NCBI GenBank assembly: GCA_965223845.1
Contig: CBDCXR010000004.1
Location: forward strand, 2,144,001 to 2,208,000
Source: Planctomycetota bacterium
GTDB taxonomy: Bacteria; Planctomycetota; UBA8108; SXIK01
Direction: 5' to 3'
DNA: 64,000 nucleotides
Shown here: one piece after another, positions 58,210 through 64,000 of the stretch
Layout of the letters: the number at the start of each line of letters is the position of its first letter
Position numbering within the stretch: position 1 is the first letter of the stretch
The notes under the pieces: model-generated
Told to the model about the DNA's origin: nothing
The model's input: the letters and a program-made list of their open reading frames with translations, nothing else
Database searches by the model: none
Translations under genes and position numbers: made by a program

Positions 58210-58686
58210 ATGGAGCTCAGGATTCCGACCGTCCGCGATTACATGGACACGAACTTCGTGCGCCTGCGCCCGGAGCAGGATGTCTACGATGCGATCGACC
58301 TCTTTCTGAGGCGGCGCATCACCGGGGCGGCCGTCGTCGACGAGGACGGTAGCGTCGTCGGCATTCTATCCGAAAAAGACGTCCTCTCGACGCTGGTCGA
58401 AGGCGCGTTCAACGCCGTCCCGGCCGGGACCGTGCGCGAGTACATGTCCGAAGTCGTCATGACGGTGCCTCCGGACATGGACGTGATCAATGTCGCGCTC
58501 ACGTTCCTCAAGCAGGTGTTTCGGCGCCTTCTCGTCGTGGAGGATGGACGGCTCGTCGGCCAGATCACGCGCCGGGATCTCCTGCGAGCCGTGCGGCACG
58601 TGGTGAAGCGGAAGGATCAGCTCCCACCGATCCTCGAAGCGAAGCCGGAGCCGGGACTCCGGGTGTCCGCTCTCGACCGAAGCTGA
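58210..58686 (+). CDS. CBS domain pair protein
   Basis: TVRDYM, VVGILSEKD, TVREYM, LVGQITRRD; RBS GGAGG. Confidence 0.93.
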   Translation: MELRIPTVRDYMDTNFVRLRPEQDVYDAIDLFLRRRITGAAVVDEDGSVVGILSEKDVLSTLVEGAFNAVPAGTVREYMSEVVMTVPPDMDVINVALTFLKQVFRRLLVVEDGRLVGQITRRDLLRAVRHVVKRKDQLPPILEAKPEPGLRVSALDRS

Positions 58687-58718
58687 CGCCGCCCGGAGGG
58701 GAGGGAGCCGAGCGCGCG

Positions 58719-59408
58719 ATGTTCACCGGAATCGTCGAGCGCACCGCCGCCGTCACCTCCGTAGCCGAGCGCAGCGGTAACCGTCGACTCGTCCTCGACA
58801 TCGGGGAAGTCAACGGGCGACCCGCGTGGGACGACGTCGCGATCGGGGAGAGTATCGCGGTGAGCGGGACGTGCCTCACGGTCGTCGAGCAACCGTCGCC
58901 GACCGGGATCGCCTTCGACGTCGTCCCCGAGTCGCTCGCGAAGACCACGCTCGGGTCGCTCCGACCGGGTTCTCACGTCAATCTCGAGCGCTCGCTGGCG
59001 GCCGGCGATCGCTTCGGCGGACACTACGTCACCGGCCACATCGACGGCGTCGGAGAGGTGAGCGCTCGCGAGCCCGAGGGCGGACAGATCACCTTCGCGA
59101 TCACCGTCCCGCCCGAGCTCGTCCGTCAGATTCTTCCCAAGGGATCGATCGCGGTCGACGGGATCAGCCTCACCGTGATCGACGTCGACCCCGCGAGGAG
59201 CGGATTCACGTTTGCGGCGATTCCGCACACGCTCGAATGCACGACCCTCGGCGGCACGGCGGTCGGGACGAAGGTCAATCTCGAAACCGACGCATTCGGA
59301 AAGTGGGTCCTCCACGCGGCCGACGGGGCCGCGCGCGGCGAAGGCGGCGACGAGCGGCTGCGCGGCCTCCTCGAAGCGGGAGGTTGGTCGAAGCCTCCGG
59401 CAGACTAG
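58719..59408 (+). CDS. ribE: Riboflavin synthase
   Basis: MFTGIVE, GESIAVSG.CLTV, VNLERS, GGHYVTGHIDG, KGSIAVDGISLT. Confidence 0.96.
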   Translation: MFTGIVERTAAVTSVAERSGNRRLVLDIGEVNGRPAWDDVAIGESIAVSGTCLTVVEQPSPTGIAFDVVPESLAKTTLGSLRPGSHVNLERSLAAGDRFGGHYVTGHIDGVGEVSAREPEGGQITFAITVPPELVRQILPKGSIAVDGISLTVIDVDPARSGFTFAAIPHTLECTTLGGTAVGTKVNLETDAFGKWVLHAADGAARGEGGDERLRGLLEAGGWSKPPAD

Positions 59409-59506
59409 CCCCGTCAGAACCCAGCACGTGATCTGGATTGACCCGACATTCGAGATTGGAAATAACTAATCTCTTGAATCGCCCCTCTTTGGTCAAACGC
59501 GAATTA

Positions 59507-59534
59507 TTTACAGGTAAACATTTACCGTTATAGA
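59507..59534 (+). promoter_or_regulatory. AT-rich promoter with an internal palindromic operator
   Basis: TTTACA-16 bp-TATAGA enclosing GGTAAA-CA-TTTACC (59513-59526). Confidence 0.5.
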
Positions 59535-59569
59535 CCTACTCTCTAATTCGTAAGCATGATCGAATAGTC

Positions 59570-60397
59570 TTGTTTGACCTTCACATTCATACTACACTTT
59601 CTGATGGGTATGCGACTCCGTGCGAAGTGGTTCGTCGCGCCCGAGAATGCGGCTTGCGGGGGATCGCGATCGCCGACCACGACAACATCGACGCGTACAA
59701 GGAGCTCGAATCCGCTCATAGCGAGGCCAGCACGGATCGCCTGCGCATCATTCCGGCCGTCGAAGTCAGCGCGAGCCGCGGAGACACCACGATCCACGTG
59801 CTCGGCTACTATCCGCAGGGCTTTTCGAGCTCGGCGCGCGCCTGGATCGAGGAGCTCGTCGCCGCGCGCCGAGCGCGACTCGAGCGTGGGCTGAAGGCCC
59901 TCGCGGCCCGTGGCGTCCATCTCCGCGCGGCCGAGTGCGCGGCCGCCGCCGCGGGGCGCGTCGTGTGCCGGAGCCATCTCGCCGCGATCCTTTGTCAGCG
60001 CGGATTCGCACCGAGCCCGCGTGCGGCGTACCGTCATTTGTTGAGCCCGGCCGTCTTCCCGTCGACCGGAATTGCCGCGACGACGGCGATTCGACGAGTG
60101 GGGGAGACGGGAGGCATCGCGGTGTGGGCGCATCCGAGAAGAGACGAACTCCCCGAGCACCTGAGCGCCTTCGTCGACGCCGGTCTCACGGGGCTCGAGG
60201 TCCTCGTTCCGTGGCGACGACGCGCGGAGAGTAGAGCTCTCCGTGCTTTCGCCGAAGAGAACGGGCTCTGCGTCACCGCGGGATCCGACTGGCACGGCAT
60301 TCCGGGGGGACCAGAACTCGGCCGGTTCTCGGCCCCGGCGGAAGAGATCGCGCCGTTTCTCGAACTGCTCTCGGCGACCGGCGCTCGCCCGACGTAG
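59570..60397 (+). CDS. PHP domain phosphoesterase (TrpH/YciV-like)
   Basis: DLHIHT..SDG, ADHD, IHVLGY, WAHP, GSDWHG. Confidence 0.92.
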   Translation: MFDLHIHTTLSDGYATPCEVVRRARECGLRGIAIADHDNIDAYKELESAHSEASTDRLRIIPAVEVSASRGDTTIHVLGYYPQGFSSSARAWIEELVAARRARLERGLKALAARGVHLRAAECAAAAAGRVVCRSHLAAILCQRGFAPSPRAAYRHLLSPAVFPSTGIAATTAIRRVGETGGIAVWAHPRRDELPEHLSAFVDAGLTGLEVLVPWRRRAESRALRAFAEENGLCVTAGSDWHGIPGGPELGRFSAPAEEIAPFLELLSATGARPT

Positions 60398-60635
60398 TCC
60401 CGGTGAGCGAGATCGAACCCTCCGACGACGAAGCCATCGGAGAAGTCGCGCTCGATCTGACGCGACCCGGCCACCGCTTGCTTCATCCGGCGCCCAACGC
60501 AATCGGAGATTGCCGAGCAACCGCGTCGTCGAGAAGGAGATGTCGGTTGAACAACTCGAGGATTCGGCGCATAAGGGCGGGGCGTAGTCTGGCCGTGATC
60601 GGCCGAGAACGCCGACGCAAACTCCGGTCCTTCCC

Positions 60636-62165
60636 ATGAGCCCGCTGCGAAACCTCCCGTTTCCACCGATTGCCTGCGTCGTCGGCGGCACCGCGGACGC
60701 GGTCGAGACCCAGCTTCGAGCACTCGAACGTATCGACCTAGGCGCGAAACTCGGGGTCGAGCTGCGTGCTGATCTTTGCGCGAGCGCGGAGGCCTCTCTG
60801 TCGCTGCTCAAGCAGCTCAAGCAGCGACGCCCCGTGCTCGTCACGCTGCGCACAAAAGTCGAAGGCGGACGCTGGGAAGGGGATCGCGATCGGGTCTCGA
60901 TCTACAGATCCGCGCTCGAGCTCGGCGCTGACCTCGTCGATGCCGAGTTGCGAAGCGAGGCCGCGCGGGAGTTAGGGGCGGCGGGACTTCCACTCGTCGC
61001 GTCGTACCACGACTTTGCGGGAATGATCGAGCGCCCTGAGCTCGAACGACTGGCGACAGCGGCTCGTGAGCTCGGCGCGCGCGCCGTCAAGGCCATCGCA
61101 ACGGCGGAGTCCGCCGCGGATGGCCTGCGCCTCCTCGAATGGATCGGAGAGAGATCTCCGGACGAACCGGAGCGCATCGGGTTCGCGATGGGCGAACTCG
61201 GCATCTACAGCCGCGTGCTCGCGGTATCGCGCGGCGCGCCGTTTACGTACGGTTCGCTCGACAAGGCCGTGGCGCCGGGTCAAATCTCCGCGCGCGAGTT
61301 GAGCGAAGTCTATCGGGTGGGGGAGCTGCCGCGTGAGGTCAAGGTGTTCGGTGTCGTCGGTCGGCCGATTTCGCATTCGCTCTCGCCGCACATGCACAAC
61401 AGGTGCTTGGCCGGTGCGAGCCCGGCCGCGGTTTACCTGCCGCTCGCCCTAGTAGAGCTCAGCGAAATCGACGCCTTGCGTCGGGGGCTCGACCTCGGCG
61501 GCGTCAGCGTGACGATTCCGTTCAAGGAAGCCGCGCTTCGGTATGCCGACCGGAGCGACGAGCGATCGCGGCGCGCGGGAGCGGCGAACACGCTCGTCTT
61601 CAGTACGGACGGAGCCTCGCACGCGCACAACACGGATTTCGAAGGCGTCGTCGGGCCGCTCCGAAGCCGCGGCGTCGATCTCGAGCAGCTCTCGGTGGGA
61701 GTCATCGGCAACGGCGGTGCGGCCCGCGGGGCCGTCAGCGCGCTACTCGAGAAAGGCGCGTCCCCCACCCTCTACTATCGGAACGTCGAGCGGGGCGGGC
61801 CGGTCGCGGGCGAACTCGGAGTGCCCGGACGTCAGATCGACGAGCTGGCGGGTGGCCAGCATCGCGTACTCATCAATGCGACACCGCTCGGACTCCACGC
61901 CGAGGATCGATCGCCGGTGCGAGCCGAGCAGCTTCGCGGCGCCGATGTTGCGTTCGATATGGTGTACACGAACGGGAAGCCGACGGTATTTCTACGCACG
62001 GCTGCGACGGTGGGCGTCGGGACGCGCATCGGCGGACACGAGATGCTCGTCGCGCAAGGTACGGTTCAGTTTCAACTCTTCACTGGTCGCGAAGCGCACG
62101 CGGACGACTTCGAAGCGGGTCTTGTTGCCGAGTGGGAGTACCGCGCGCAATTCGGATCGAATTAG
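60636..62165 (+). CDS. aroE: Type I 3-dehydroquinate dehydratase / shikimate dehydrogenase fusion (AroDE)
   Basis: VELRAD, TLRT..EGG, SYHDF, AMGELG..SR, APGQ; SHSLSP..HN, SVTIPFK, AANT, NTD, GNGGAA, INATPLG. Confidence 0.93.
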   Translation: MSPLRNLPFPPIACVVGGTADAVETQLRALERIDLGAKLGVELRADLCASAEASLSLLKQLKQRRPVLVTLRTKVEGGRWEGDRDRVSIYRSALELGADLVDAELRSEAARELGAAGLPLVASYHDFAGMIERPELERLATAARELGARAVKAIATAESAADGLRLLEWIGERSPDEPERIGFAMGELGIYSRVLAVSRGAPFTYGSLDKAVAPGQISARELSEVYRVGELPREVKVFGVVGRPISHSLSPHMHNRCLAGASPAAVYLPLALVELSEIDALRRGLDLGGVSVTIPFKEAALRYADRSDERSRRAGAANTLVFSTDGASHAHNTDFEGVVGPLRSRGVDLEQLSVGVIGNGGAARGAVSALLEKGASPTLYYRNVERGGPVAGELGVPGRQIDELAGGQHRVLINATPLGLHAEDRSPVRAEQLRGADVAFDMVYTNGKPTVFLRTAATVGVGTRIGGHEMLVAQGTVQFQLFTGREAHADDFEAGLVAEWEYRAQFGSN

Positions 62166-62248
62166 ACGCCATCTCAGGCCGAACGCTGGTACGAACCGGA
62201 AGAAGCGGAGCGGGACCTCGATCCCACTCGCCATCAGACCGCCCCACC

Positions 62249-62276
62249 GGGTCCGATAATCAATATTATGATGAGT
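62249..62276. other. Candidate dif (XerC/XerD) recombination site
   Basis: GGGTCCGATAA-TCAATA-TTATGATGAGT: 11-6-11 layout with ATAA-N6-TTATG core; intergenic. Confidence 0.65.
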
Positions 62277-62456
62277 TGAGTAGGGGGCAGCCGCGAACGA
62301 ACCGCTACGCAGCACACAGAGCCGCGCCCTGCCACTGGCGACAAAAGGATTTGGCTTTCTCTCTTCGCTCCGCGACGTACACTGTTGCGCGTCTCTCTTG
62401 CTCTTCGCACGTCGATCGAACCCGACGCGCCTCGAAGAATCAAGCACCCGATCCGA

Positions 62457-62894
62457 ATGAGACGCACGACTCAAACCTCGAACGTCAACGCGCCGCGGCG
62501 ATCGCGCGCCGCGACCATCGCAATCGCCGGGATCGCAGCCGCAGTCGTCGCTAGCGCTCCCGGCTGCGCCGCGATTTTCCGCGGGACCACGCAGACGGTC
62601 ACGATTCGAACGGATCCACCCGGACGCTCGGTGCACTACCAGGGACTCGAGATTACGGACGGCTCCGCCGTTTCGATTCGAAAACGCGCCGAAGAGCCGC
62701 GAGTCTACGTCGGAGCGTGGTCGCGAGAGCTCTCGTACGAGCCCGATCCGCTCCTCATCGCGGATGCAGCACTCCTCGTCGTGTTCGTGATCCCCGGCAT
62801 CGTCGCGCTCGGAATCGACTTCGCGACCGGCGCGTGGCGGGACCTCGACGACGTGCAGAGAATCTATGTCCCCGATCCGCCGCAAGGCGAGTGA
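62457..62894 (+). CDS. Small PEGA-like lipoprotein
   Basis: GCAAIFRGTTQTV.I.TDPPG; GI.AL.IDFATGAW. Confidence 0.75.
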   Translation: MRRTTQTSNVNAPRRSRAATIAIAGIAAAVVASAPGCAAIFRGTTQTVTIRTDPPGRSVHYQGLEITDGSAVSIRKRAEEPRVYVGAWSRELSYEPDPLLIADAALLVVFVIPGIVALGIDFATGAWRDLDDVQRIYVPDPPQGE

Positions 62895-63163
62895 TTCAAG
62901 AGCCTTACGTCCGGTCCGGCGCGGACGCGCCGAGCGGGAGCGGCGAGAGATTGAGGTCCTGCGCAGATCAGACGAGCGCGCTGACGAAACGGACAAAACT
63001 TTCCGAAAAACCCAAAAGTTCCGATTCTGTGCTGCCGACGACAGCAGGGTAAGCGACGTTTACGGAACCCCTTCGCGGGTGCGTCGCACGTCGGGACGGT
63101 AGTCGCGTCGGCTACCGACGGCAGAACGGATCAGTTCTCATCCTGTTTATGGAGGAGATGGTA

Positions 63164-63487
63164 ATGCGTACCCTGTGCTCCTTGGCCGCAGTCGGCCTCA
63201 TCGTGTCGTCGATCGGTTGTGCGTCGGGCCCCACCCCGCTCCAGGGCCTGATCTTCGCGGACACCCAGTACCCCGGGTACTACGAGGGAGTGAGTGAGGA
63301 AGGTCCGGGCAGCAAGTCCGGCACGTCGAGCATGGTCGCCTACCTCGGCCTGATCGCCATGGGCGATGCGAGCATCGAGGCGGCTTGCCAAGATGGCGGC
63401 ATCAAGCAGATCAAGACGGTCGACCACCACTACAAGTCGATCCTCGGGATCATTCAGAACTGGGAGACGAACGTCACCGGCGAATAG
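63164..63487 (+). CDS. TRL-like family lipoprotein
   Basis: Lipobox SIGC; KSG....AYLGLIAMGDASIEAA...GI..I.TVD; RBS GGAGG. Confidence 0.88.
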   Translation: MRTLCSLAAVGLIVSSIGCASGPTPLQGLIFADTQYPGYYEGVSEEGPGSKSGTSSMVAYLGLIAMGDASIEAACQDGGIKQIKTVDHHYKSILGIIQNWETNVTGE

Positions 63488-63511
63488 TCTGGCTGACGCT
63501 CGATCGAGTTG

Positions 63512-63552
63512 AACGGGGAGGGCGCGAGCTCCATCGTGCCCTCCCCGTTTTT
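63512..63552 (+). terminator. Rho-independent terminator
   Basis: aacggggagggcgcga-N6-tcgtgccctccccgtt-ttt. Confidence 0.85.
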
Positions 63553-63579
63553 ATTGTTCTCGAATCGCGCCGGTCTGGA

Positions 63580-63879
63580 TCACGGTTGTCCGCGAGGCTC
63601 AGCGTGGGCAGGGGACACTTCGGAAAGCGCCGACCAGTCGAACTGCCACTCCGAAAGCCCAAAGCTTTCCGTGCTGCCGAATTCGTCCTTGAGTCGCCGG
63701 AGGGCGCGAAAGAGGAGCATCGATGCCGCGTCCCTGCTCCGGCTCATCCGCGTCGCCACTTGCTGCATCGGAAGCCCGCACAGTCGCGCCAGGATGATGA
63801 CTTCACGATAGTCGGCCGGCAGTCTACCGAGAGATTCCCCCAACCGCTTGAACCGCTCCTCCCGCTGAAGTCGCTGGGA
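63580..63879 (-). pseudogene. C-terminal fragment (region 4) of an ECF sigma factor
   Basis: SQRLQREERF.RL...L..LP.DYREVI.LARL.GL....VA.RM.RS.DA..MLL.RAL..L; no region 2, and an in-frame TGA lies at about 63943. Confidence 0.6.
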
Positions 63880-64000
63880 TCTTCTTCGCGCCGTCGGGGG
63901 TGATGGACGTCGTCGGTCGCGCCACGAGGGCCGCCCCACCCGTCATGTCCTCACGCGCGATGCGCCGCGCCGTATCGCGACTTTTCGCGAATCCCCGGAC

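Noticed and set aside
57960-58718. FMN riboswitch upstream of riboflavin synthase
   Set aside because: None of the RFN conserved blocks (AGGGCGGGGTGAAATTCCC, AGCCGACGG..AGTCCGGATG) is present.
62895-63163. tRNA next to the TRL-like gene
   Set aside because: No cloverleaf or TTCGA T-loop/CCA arrangement was found.
58698-63522. KOPS (GGGNAGGG) polarity as support for dif
   Set aside because: Copies at 18821 and 58698 point towards the site, but one at 63515 points away (inside a terminator stem). Too few, and not counted systematically.

Overview
GC-rich bacterial chromosomal window, most likely Planctomycetota. This is inferred from three dockerin-domain exported proteins, Tat-exported Gfo/Idh/MocA enzymes, ThuA, CRTAC1/ASPIC-UnbV, HEAT-VWA, eukaryotic-like kinases and an AroD-AroE fusion. 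It has about 47 CDS and no recognisable rRNA, tRNA, CRISPR, IS or prophage. Housekeeping content includes a full mreB-mreC-mreD-mrdA-rodA elongasome cluster, uppP, lpxD, clpX-like/rsmG, PPi-PFK, ribE, aroDE and a degenerate moeA. The most notable signals are: (1) a thioredoxin-fold lipoprotein split in the ORF track by an in-frame TGA that reads W-U-P-A-C with a downstream SECIS-like hairpin, i.e. a probable selenoprotein; (2) a MamK-like actin with an upstream PilZ-like/acidic-linker/coiled-coil partner and no other magnetosome genes; (3) a non-coding stretch after a histone-H1-like/DksA fusion holding two promoter-to-terminator units (one sigma54-type and GGA-rich, one sigma70-type of about 430 nt), plus a consensus sigma54 promoter facing the 3' end of a giant kinase-TPR-sigma54 activator gene; (4) a dif-like XerCD site near the right end. 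All assignments come from motif recognition by eye; no searches were run.
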